DNA from: an uncultured Gammaproteobacteria bacterium
GTDB lineage: Bacteria; Patescibacteriota; Microgenomatia; CAYSOG01
NCBI GenBank assembly: GCA_964432675.1
Contig: CAYSOG010000001.1
Span: forward strand, 4,523 to 68,522
Length of the DNA stretch: 64,000 nt
Reading direction: 5' to 3'
In this document: positions 57,015-64,000 of the stretch, in pieces
Position numbering within the stretch: the stretch's first letter is position 1
Layout: every line of letters begins with the position of its first letter
Translations under genes and position numbers: made by a program
Notes under the pieces: generated by a model
Seen by the model: the letters and a program-made list of their open reading frames with translations, nothing else
What the model was told of the DNA's origin: nothing
Database searches by the model: none

Positions 57015-57080
57015 AATATAAGACCTGGTAGTAAAACCACCAGGTCTCAAAAAAGGAGGTGAGAGTGTCCCTTGCGGGAC
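56976..57080 (-). ncRNA. Candidate small RNA with an exposed anti-Shine-Dalgarno seed
   Basis: Own sigma70-type promoter; GTCCC-GCAA-GGGAC hairpin, single-stranded ACTCTCACCTCCTTTT, second hairpin, terminator. Confidence 0.55.
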
Positions 57081-57086
57081 AAAAGT

Positions 57087-57115
57087 ATACTACCATATTA
57101 GTCGACAAATGTCAA
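57087..57115 (-). promoter_or_regulatory. Sigma70-type promoter of the candidate sRNA
   Basis: TTGACA (57115-57110), 17-nt spacer, TG-n-TAGTAT (57092-57087). Confidence 0.7.
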
Positions 57116-57605
57116 ACCTATAAGTAATAAATAATGATGTTCACTTTGCTCTGTTTTAGATACGTTTTGAGATTAGCCGAAGCCAGCATATATGCAATAA
57201 GTTAGAATTACTTATAAACCTATAGCAGAATATTAATGTCACCACTAATATACCAAAAGTTATCACTTTAAATTTACTATTGCCAATCTGCAAAGTAATT
57301 ATTCAAGTTGATATAGTTTAAAACTAGAGTGTATTTAATTGATAGAATTGACAGGGCATTTATGGTCCATGGTATTGTACACCCAGTACGGTTGCTCGGC
57401 TTAAGTAAGGTATCAATACTGAGCAAAATGCAATGATTTCCTTCCGATAATCCATTAGCAGGCTTACGGCCGTACAAATGTTTCGGAAAGCGCTTTTTCA
57501 CTGAAAAATGCGCTCCTGCCCTTTTTCGAAACATGTCATTATTTACTGTTCCAACTAATGCAAAACAACACTTGCCCATTTATTAATCAATCTATTATTT
57601 TTACT

Positions 57606-57651
57606 ACCGGTAACGAATACTCTCATGCAGAGGGATGTGTTACCGGTTTTT
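57606..57651 (+). promoter_or_regulatory. Terminator-like hairpin in the leader of TasA-like gene 1
   Basis: ACCGGTAAC/GTTACCGGT outer stem then T-run, about 40 nt before the SD. Confidence 0.5.
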
Positions 57652-57701
57652 ATTGATCAAAAGTAAAGTCAAAAATTTCAATTGAAGGGAGGTGAGGGAA
57701 T

Positions 57702-58316
57702 ATAAATACAAAAATTGCATTAAGCGGCCTCTCCGTCGTTGCCTCACTAGCCCTCATGGGTGGTGCAACGTTTGCATTTTTTACTAGCACTGCAACCAGC
57801 ACTGCAAATGCTTTTTCATCAGGAACCCTAATATTACAGGTTAATGATAATAATGAAACAGCAGCAGCATCTGTTACTGCCTCATTTAATACGGGTAATA
57901 CTGGATTAAAACCGGGGGATACTACGTCTGGCTTCATCTCACTTGATAATACTGGATCAATTAATATAGATCATATTACTTTGGCAGTATCTCAGACGGC
58001 TAATAGCACCCCGAGTTTAGCAGACGTATTAAATGTTACGGCAGCAGGATTATCAACAAGTTCATCGTGTACTAGCCCAACAGATTTACTCGCAGGTTGG
58101 CAGGCACAATCAGGTTTAAGTGGACCCACAACGTTAACTAAATTAATAACCAAGGGTGAGTTTAACGCTGTACCAGGAGGTTTAACAGCAGGAGCAACGA
58201 AGTATCTTTGTATGACTTTCACGATGGATAGTAATGCAACAAATACTTACCAAGGTGCTACAACGACGGATACATTTAGCTTTATTGGGAAGCAAGATGC
58301 GTCGCAATTACCTTAG
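57702..58316 (+). CDS. TasA/camelysin-family filament subunit 1 with SipW-type signal peptide (ATA start)
   Basis: (M)NTKIALSGLSVVASLALMGGATFA|FFTSTATSTANAFSSGTL; KPGD, NTGSI, N.YQG; SD GGAGGTGA 6 nt before the in-frame ATA. Confidence 0.88.
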   Translation: MNTKIALSGLSVVASLALMGGATFAFFTSTATSTANAFSSGTLILQVNDNNETAAASVTASFNTGNTGLKPGDTTSGFISLDNTGSINIDHITLAVSQTANSTPSLADVLNVTAAGLSTSSSCTSPTDLLAGWQAQSGLSGPTTLTKLITKGEFNAVPGGLTAGATKYLCMTFTMDSNATNTYQGATTTDTFSFIGKQDASQLP

Positions 58317-58326
58317 AAACGAAGAA

Positions 58327-58361
58327 GCTGGTAGTGGGGTAAAAATTGCTCCACTACCAGC
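58327..58361 (+). other. Strong stem-loop without U-tract after the TasA-like gene 1 (likely mRNA-stabilising)
   Basis: GCTGGTAGTGG/CCACTACCAGC. Confidence 0.6.
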
Positions 58362-58396
58362 CGAGAGTACATAAATAATTATAGTACACGAAAGCT

Positions 58397-58966
58397 ATGA
58401 GGAAAATAAAAACTTTAGCAAGAGTTGGGTTTAAGACAATACTTTTTGTGTTGATGCCGGTGGTGGTGTTCACATTAGTTACATCTAAAACAGCATTTAT
58501 CGGCGGTATTAAGTCATTTATTGTTATGACGGGATCAATGCAACCAACGGTGCCGGTTGGTAGTATTGCTTTTGTCCAAAAGCAGCGAGTATATGATATT
58601 GGCGATGTTGTAACCTATCAACACGGTGATGTTTCTATAACGCACCGAGTGGTTCAGAAATTCTATAAAGATGACGGTGTTTATTACCAAACAAAAGGGG
58701 ATGCAAACAATGTCGCTGACAGCGAGTTAGTGAAGCAGTCCGACATTATCGGCAAGGGCATATTCCAAATCCAATATGCCGGTAAAATTATTGTCTTTAT
58801 GAAAACGCTACAAGGATTTTTAAGCTTAGTTATTTTCCCCACCCTTTTATTTGTTGGATTCGAGCTATGGGGTATAAAAAATGAGATCGTCAAGGAAACT
58901 GAAAAAAGAGTATTGAAAAAAATGGAGGGCAATGGACAAACGATACTTGGCCTTAGCAATACTTAG
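58397..58966 (+). CDS. sipW: Signal peptidase I, SipW/ER type (copy 1)
   Basis: TGSMQP, GDVVTY, ITHRV (Ser-His dyad), TKGDANN..D. Confidence 0.92.
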   Translation: MRKIKTLARVGFKTILFVLMPVVVFTLVTSKTAFIGGIKSFIVMTGSMQPTVPVGSIAFVQKQRVYDIGDVVTYQHGDVSITHRVVQKFYKDDGVYYQTKGDANNVADSELVKQSDIIGKGIFQIQYAGKIIVFMKTLQGFLSLVIFPTLLFVGFELWGIKNEIVKETEKRVLKKMEGNGQTILGLSNT

Positions 58967-59603
58967 TATTCCAGCCGCTTCGATTATTGGCTTTGTGGCA
59001 ACACATTCTTTTTACAGCGGTGCTGCCAATTCAACGAGCAATGTCTTCGCTGCTGCCTCTCTTTTCCCAACACCGACACCACCTCCACTAGCCTCGACGT
59101 TAGTAATAAATGAAATACTACCTGCTTCTAGCTGTGTTGATGGAAATAAAACAGTTAATTGGATCGAACTTTGGAACGGGACAAGTGGCACAGTTAACTT
59201 GCAAGGTTTCAAGATTAGTGATGGCACAAATATAACGGATTTAGTAAATTCAAGTACAACTATAGCTTCTCACCAGTTTGCACTCATCGCAAAAGATGGA
59301 AGTATATTCAATCATGGTACAAGTAAAGGCAACAAATGTTATGCAGATAATAACGCGGTCACTGCTAATCTTGGTAATAGCTCGCCAGTGGTTTTTACAA
59401 CTGGCGTGTTAAGGCTACTCCAATCTGATGGAACTACAGTAATCGATAGGGTTCAATTTAACGGAACATTCGACGGTCAAAACCTTAGCGCACCAACTGA
59501 TCAATCTATCGAAAGAAAAATTACGGGTCAAGATTCAGCTATCGGCGACACATTTAATGGTCAAGACTTTGTTATACGGACGACACCAACACCGGGTCTA
59601 TAA
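58932..59603 (+). CDS. SipW-signal/donor-strand protein with lamin-tail domain
   Basis: THS|FYSGAANSTSNVFAAASLFPTPTP; LVINEI, WIELWN, NLQGF, TPTPG. Confidence 0.8.
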   Translation: MDKRYLALAILSIPAASIIGFVATHSFYSGAANSTSNVFAAASLFPTPTPPPLASTLVINEILPASSCVDGNKTVNWIELWNGTSGTVNLQGFKISDGTNITDLVNSSTTIASHQFALIAKDGSIFNHGTSKGNKCYADNNAVTANLGNSSPVVFTTGVLRLLQSDGTTVIDRVQFNGTFDGQNLSAPTDQSIERKITGQDSAIGDTFNGQDFVIRTTPTPGL

Positions 59604-59608
59604 AAATT

Positions 59609-60919
59609 ATGAAAAAACGAATTATTCGATTAACTGCGCTTGTTATGATCATTGCAATAGTTTTTGCGACACATCAGAGTGAGTTTTTGGCGCTGTTTAA
59701 TCCGAAAACGGTTCGGGCATTTGGTGATTTGACGGTTGACTTTCATGTGCCAACAAATGCCCCGATTTTTACTATTACAAATATGGCACCGGGGCAAATG
59801 GAAACGAGAAATGTTGATGTCAATAATACTGGCAGTGTTGACCGCATGGTTTCGGTCAAAGGGGTTAAAACTTCTGAAACTGGCAATTTATCAAATGTTC
59901 TTTCAATCGTTATTAGCGAAGGCAGTACTGATTTATATGGTGGGACAGCGCTTGGGGGCCCAAAGCACTTATCAGACTTTTTTGCCGATAGCAGTAGTGC
60001 CAATGGCATAATGTTAAGTACTTTGCAAGCAGGACACCATACTACTTATATCTTTAAAGTAACGTTTGATTCGTCGGCGGGTAATGCCTATCAAAATAAA
60101 CAAGTAATTTTTGACTTAACGTTCGGTGAGGTAACTGGTAATAATGTTGTCATTAATGAAGTCTTTTATAATGTTGACGCAGTGCATGGCTTAGATTCTC
60201 CTGGCGATCGTGGGGTAACTGTCGGCGGTATCAGCACAAGCATTATCGGTAATGGTGCGGGATCGGTTAATAAGATATTTATTGATATTGACAACAATTG
60301 CTCGATCAACCAAGTGAACAATTCATCAACTACAACAACGATTAACCAGAATGCTAATACCGGTAATAATTCAGCCAATGGCAATACTGGAGGAACTACA
60401 ATTATTCAAACGGGATCGATTACGCAATCGGTTAGCGTTACTAACAAAGGGAATGTTAACAGCGCCCAGTGTTCACAAGGCAAAAAGTTAGGCCAAAACG
60501 ACGAATGGGTAGAGTTATTCAACCCCACGGACCATGATATTAGCCTGAAGAATTATAGCTTTGTTGATAATTCAGGCATTGTGACCAAAATAAATGGTAA
60601 CTTCACTATTAAGTCGCTGAAATTTGCCTTAGTTTCTAAAGACAATAGTACCTGGACTCATTGGTCAGTTCCTGCAGGCACGCTGAAGATTCCTTTGGGT
60701 CATCAAATCGGTGATGGATTAAATAATAGTGGTGACCATTTAACCCTTAATGATGCCGCCAATCACAATATTGATGCACTTTCATGGGGCAATGATACTA
60801 CTATATTTACCTTAAGCGGCGTTTTAGCCGGCCATTCGCTTTCGCGCAACGTGCCCGGCTTAGATACCGATTCGGCTACCGACTGGCACGATCAAAATCC
60901 ACCAACTCCAGGCAGTTAA
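59609..60919 (+). CDS. TasA-like body domain fused to an interrupted lamin-tail domain
   Basis: AFGDLTVDF, NMAPG, NTGS, GNAYQ; VVINEV ... N/T-rich insert ... DEWVELFNPT, GLNNSGD, PTPG. Confidence 0.78.
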   Translation: MKKRIIRLTALVMIIAIVFATHQSEFLALFNPKTVRAFGDLTVDFHVPTNAPIFTITNMAPGQMETRNVDVNNTGSVDRMVSVKGVKTSETGNLSNVLSIVISEGSTDLYGGTALGGPKHLSDFFADSSSANGIMLSTLQAGHHTTYIFKVTFDSSAGNAYQNKQVIFDLTFGEVTGNNVVINEVFYNVDAVHGLDSPGDRGVTVGGISTSIIGNGAGSVNKIFIDIDNNCSINQVNNSSTTTTINQNANTGNNSANGNTGGTTIIQTGSITQSVSVTNKGNVNSAQCSQGKKLGQNDEWVELFNPTDHDISLKNYSFVDNSGIVTKINGNFTIKSLKFALVSKDNSTWTHWSVPAGTLKIPLGHQIGDGLNNSGDHLTLNDAANHNIDALSWGNDTTIFTLSGVLAGHSLSRNVPGLDTDSATDWHDQNPPTPGS

Positions 60920-60937
60920 TCTGCTATCATTATAGTG

Positions 60938-61438
60938 ATGGATCACACGCACCGACGACTTATTTTTCTATTTGCATTTCTCCTGTTTGGTATTTTATTA
61001 GCAGTCGTGTTGTCATGGACTTTTGTTTCATCAGTTAATTTGTCTGCTAAGAAAACTCCCATTTTACAAGCCTCAGTATTACCAAAGCCAACGCAGCAAA
61101 CATCATTACCAGCACAACCCCGTGGTACTTTAACTGGTAACGTTACCATTGGCCCGAATTGCCCAGTAGAGCGTATCGGGCATCCTTGTACACCTTCGCC
61201 ACAAGCATACACTCGTTACGTTCTTCTCCTTTACACACAGGATAAAAGTACCGTCGTAAAGACCATAGTGCCAGACCAAAGAGGAGAGTTTACTGTTGGG
61301 ATTGACCCTGGAACATATATTTTAGATAGTGCAAACCAGGGAATTGGTTTTCATAGCAAAAATTTACCTCAAACGATTGTTATTATGCCAAACCAAATTG
61401 AAAGTGTAAGCATTGCCTTTGATACAGGTATCCGATAG
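60938..61438 (+). CDS. Membrane-anchored protein with a carboxypeptidase-regulatory-like Ig domain
   Basis: TM; GNVTIGPNCPVER...C, D..G.F...PGTY, DTGIR. Confidence 0.7.
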   Translation: MDHTHRRLIFLFAFLLFGILLAVVLSWTFVSSVNLSAKKTPILQASVLPKPTQQTSLPAQPRGTLTGNVTIGPNCPVERIGHPCTPSPQAYTRYVLLLYTQDKSTVVKTIVPDQRGEFTVGIDPGTYILDSANQGIGFHSKNLPQTIVIMPNQIESVSIAFDTGIR

Positions 61439-61706
61439 CTGTGTGACAGAATTACTTGACTTGTTTTTCATCCAATTTCCCTAAGTACTCAGATATTGAT
61501 ATAGAAACTTGATAGAATGATATTAATTGTTCCAGTTGACAGTTTTGCTTGCTGTGCTATTATGGGTTTTGTTAGGGTTTTTGCATAAATATCTGCCAAC
61601 TGCCTCTACTTTCTTTACAAAATCCTTAAGCTTTATAATTTTCTGCCCCATATTGATATTCTGCCCGGTCTTACTGCCCACAATGCATTCGAAAGGAGGT
61701 GGAAGT

Positions 61707-62360
61707 ATGAGTAAACGGTTAGTGTTAAGTTATGGACTAATCGGCGCTGTGTTGCTCTTATTTAGCACTGCTACCTATGCGTATTTTAACGAAACCAGTA
61801 CTAGTAGCGGTAATATACTTGGTGCTAATACGCTAACAATGTCACTTTCAAACGATAATATTGCCTACGCAGACAATGTTACCGGAACGATTGGCAGTAA
61901 TGGACTAAATCCTGGTGATTTATTCAATGGAGATTTGTTCATTAAAAATAATGGTAATTCAAGTGCTAACCATCTCGATTTGAGCTTTAAGAATGCTGTT
62001 GTTAACGCATCGTCGGGTCCAGGAACTGGTACATCGCCAACCTTTTCTTCTGTATTAGAAGTTCAACAATTAATGTGGGATGCAGATGGCGATGGTGTAG
62101 CCGAAACGAATATGTTGCCAGCTACCTGCGATACAGCATCAACCTCAAACCATAATGGCATCTGCGACTTGCAAGATTTAGAAAATCTTGGTGTTTCCGG
62201 GGCTGCCGATGTACCGAATTTACTGTTTGAGGGTACGCAAAATGCTGGTCATAAACTCCATGTTGCAGGCAGGTTAAGTTCACTTGCGACAAATGTTCAT
62301 CAAGGTGATAGCGATACGTTGTCATTGACTATATTCATGGACCAAGGGCCGCATTCATAA
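61707..62360 (+). CDS. TasA/camelysin-family filament subunit 2 with SipW-type signal peptide
   Basis: MSKRLVLS...ATYA|YFNETSTSSGNILGANTL; NPGD, N.G, DADGDG and NHNG..DL.DL Ca-loop-like motifs, HQGD; SD AAAGGAGGTGG. Confidence 0.88.
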   Translation: MSKRLVLSYGLIGAVLLLFSTATYAYFNETSTSSGNILGANTLTMSLSNDNIAYADNVTGTIGSNGLNPGDLFNGDLFIKNNGNSSANHLDLSFKNAVVNASSGPGTGTSPTFSSVLEVQQLMWDADGDGVAETNMLPATCDTASTSNHNGICDLQDLENLGVSGAADVPNLLFEGTQNAGHKLHVAGRLSSLATNVHQGDSDTLSLTIFMDQGPHS

Positions 62361-62364
62361 GGAG

Positions 62365-62499
62365 TGTTATTCTGCGCCTAGCGAAGAATCTAGGCAAAGC
62401 TGTAGACCAATATCGGAAAACGCTTGCACTAGATCCTTCGCTAATCCTCCTTCTCCCGCTTACTGCAGGATACGGAAGGACAGACTACTCAGGATGACA
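62365..62499. repeat. REP-like palindromic element with a nested second palindrome
   Basis: TGTTATTCTG...GCGAAGAATCT ... AGATCCTTCGC ... CAGGATGACA; inner TCCTCCTTC...ACGGAAGGACAG. Confidence 0.65.
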
Positions 62500-62530
62500 A
62501 AAGTTACTTAGAATTACTAAGAAAAAATAT

Positions 62531-63100
62531 ATGAAAAAGATATTAGGTATTACCTTTGCATTACTAAAAACTGGACTGATGATTATTGTACTGGTTATGC
62601 TACCATTAATTGTCTTTACTTTCGTGACAGCAAAAACTTCGTTGTTTGCTACTGTTAGATCGTATGTTGTTGTTTCAGGCAGTATGGAACCCACAATACC
62701 GGTTGGCAGTATTGCTTTTATGATGCCATTTACCGACTATGACATAGGTGATGTCATTTCCTTTAAGCGTGGTAATGAAGTCATAACTCATCGTATTGTC
62801 CAAAAAATGGTCAAGCCAACAGGTACAGAGTACCAAACAAAAGGTGATGCAAATAAGCAGCCCGACGAACAGCTGGTAAATGAAGAACAGATTATCGGCA
62901 AGGGTGTGTTCCAGGTATTATATGCCGGTAGAATATTTTTCTTTCTTAAGTCACCATTAGGGTTTATTACTTGCATTTTTCTTCCGACCTTTAGTTATAT
63001 AGCGTTGGAAGTACATACAATTCAGCAGCTAACTTCAAGGCAAACCGAACAACGCCTTTTGCAAAAACTTGCCAAACAACCATGGCCCGCTACAGCTTAA
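62531..63100 (+). CDS. sipW: Signal peptidase I, SipW/ER type (copy 2)
   Basis: SGSMEP, GDVISF, ITHRI, TKGDAN..PD; same length (189 aa) as copy 1. Confidence 0.92.
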   Translation: MKKILGITFALLKTGLMIIVLVMLPLIVFTFVTAKTSLFATVRSYVVVSGSMEPTIPVGSIAFMMPFTDYDIGDVISFKRGNEVITHRIVQKMVKPTGTEYQTKGDANKQPDEQLVNEEQIIGKGVFQVLYAGRIFFFLKSPLGFITCIFLPTFSYIALEVHTIQQLTSRQTEQRLLQKLAKQPWPATA

Positions 63101-63228
63101 TCGCGCTTGTTTTATTATCAGTTCTTGTCGCTACTTTTACGTTGTCGCATGCATACTTTAACTCCCAGAAAACATCTTCACAAAACTACTTCTCTGCATC
63201 AATGAATTTTCCCACACCAAAACCCTAG
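63082..63228 (+). CDS. 48-aa SipW-substrate micro-protein (signal peptide plus donor strand only; not in ORF track)
   Basis: MARYSLIALVLLSVLVATFTLSHA|YFNSQKTSSQNYFSASMNFPTPKP*; overlaps the sipW stop as the 58932 gene does. Confidence 0.75.
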   Translation: MARYSLIALVLLSVLVATFTLSHAYFNSQKTSSQNYFSASMNFPTPKP

Positions 63229-63256
63229 ATTTGCCAAATGCTATACTATAAATGAC

Positions 63257-63685
63257 ATGAGTACCGGAATTATATTTGCCATTATTGCAGCAGCAGCATT
63301 TGGCTCAATTACAGTTTTTCAAAAATTAGCGGCAAATTATGTGTATTACTTTTTTGGTGCATTGCTTATATCTATAACTGCAATTGTCATAGAAATATGT
63401 TTTCTAATCCCAAGATTTAGGAACATAACACTTGTTTCCAATCCAAAAGGTATAATATTTGCAATCGCTGCAGGAGCTTGTGCAACAGTAATAGATGTAG
63501 CTTCAATTAAGGCATATTCTAGTGGTCTTCCGGTTTCTATTGGTGGTCCAATAATACTAGGAGGTAGTGTTGCTGTTGCTGCGGTTATCGGTTTATTTTT
63601 AGGCGAGTCACTGTCGCTTCTTAAATTTTTAGGATTGATACTTATTATTGCCGGCTCAGTAATTCTTGGAGGTATAAGTAAGTAG
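63257..63685 (+). CDS. EamA/DMT family transporter (single domain)
   Basis: About 5 TMs; G.P.S...PI, FLGESLS..K.LGL.LI..G. Confidence 0.85.
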   Translation: MSTGIIFAIIAAAAFGSITVFQKLAANYVYYFFGALLISITAIVIEICFLIPRFRNITLVSNPKGIIFAIAAGACATVIDVASIKAYSSGLPVSIGGPIILGGSVAVAAVIGLFLGESLSLLKFLGLILIIAGSVILGGISK

Positions 63686-63736
63686 ATTGTAAATTGAATT
63701 GCAATATTGTAGAGTAGCAAGCACGAGGTGAGGAGA

Positions 63737-64000
63737 GTGCAGACTACAAAAGCAATGCCGTTTCAGGCAAGCCACTATAAAATCAATACCTATAATACCT
63801 GTCCACAGAAATACTTTTTTGAATATTTAGATGAAGATTTAGCGCCGATTAAGCGACAGATTAAGAAGCCTCGTCCAGAACTAGAAGTTGGCAATGTTGT
63901 TCATGTCACACTCTTTAATTATTTTAAGGAGCCAAAAGCAAATCGAACTTTTTTAACCCTCAAAAATATTCTTGCATCTACCTGGAAACCACCGCGCGGC
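63737..64000 (+). CDS. PD-(D/E)XK (RecB-like) nuclease family protein, 3'-truncated by the window end
   Basis: SHYKINTY.TCPQKYFFEY...G..VH..L..FF; GTG 63737 or ATG 63755. Confidence 0.8.
   Translation, partial: MQTTKAMPFQASHYKINTYNTCPQKYFFEYLDEDLAPIKRQIKKPRPELEVGNVVHVTLFNYFKEPKANRTFLTLKNILASTWKPPRG

Noticed and set aside
57065-57127. Plus-strand 20-codon ORF after AAGGAGGTG
   Set aside because: Short SD spacing, lies just after a terminator with no evident promoter, and overlaps a consensus minus-strand promoter; kept only as the alternative to the sRNA model.
57277-57579. 100-aa minus-strand ORF in the TasA leader
   Set aside because: No motif or RBS; the region is better explained as promoter and structured leader.
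57420-57660. Known c-di-GMP or c-di-AMP riboswitch upstream of the TasA-like gene
   Set aside because: I could not find the conserved aptamer nucleotides by eye; an Rfam scan would be decisive.
61527-61706. 60-aa N-terminal extension of TasA-like subunit 2 in the ORF track
   Set aside because: The strong SD and signal peptide place the start at 61707; the extension spans promoter elements.
774-63720. Numerous ORF-track entries antisense or out of frame within recognised genes (e.g. 1741-2514, 11251-11931, 19500-19895, 34343-34750, 63346-63720)
   Set aside because: They overlap genes with clear family motifs and have no motifs or initiation signals of their own.

Overview
A gene-dense bacterial chromosome segment using the standard genetic code (TGA and TAG both end genes). 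It looks like Patescibacteria/CPR, probably Microgenomates; this is inferred from DUF5663, DUF5679, DUF4446 and DUF3048 genes, an archaeal-type AspRS and Cmk, and many apparently leaderless genes. The first 26 kb is mostly housekeeping (comM, nadK, secD, secF, two CCA enzymes, recJ, aspS, gltX, malic enzyme, tRNA-Gln) interspersed with orphans. The rest is accessory: small gene cassettes bounded by att-like repeats next to tRNA-Gln, a GtrA-UbiA-GT-C-GT2-deacetylase-GH113 glycan locus, cell-envelope enzymes, and a cluster of secreted N-terminal-His (copper-brace-like) proteins with an MsrQ-like reductase. The best candidate for an undescribed system is 57.0-63.2 kb, a duplicated SipW/TasA-like filament locus. 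It encodes full subunits, a donor-strand+LTD protein, an acceptor-only+LTD protein and an unannotated 48-aa donor-strand-only peptide. Its first subunit appears to start at ATA, and a divergent small RNA carries an anti-Shine-Dalgarno seed complementary to both subunit RBSs. All family assignments come from reading motifs by eye; no searches were run.
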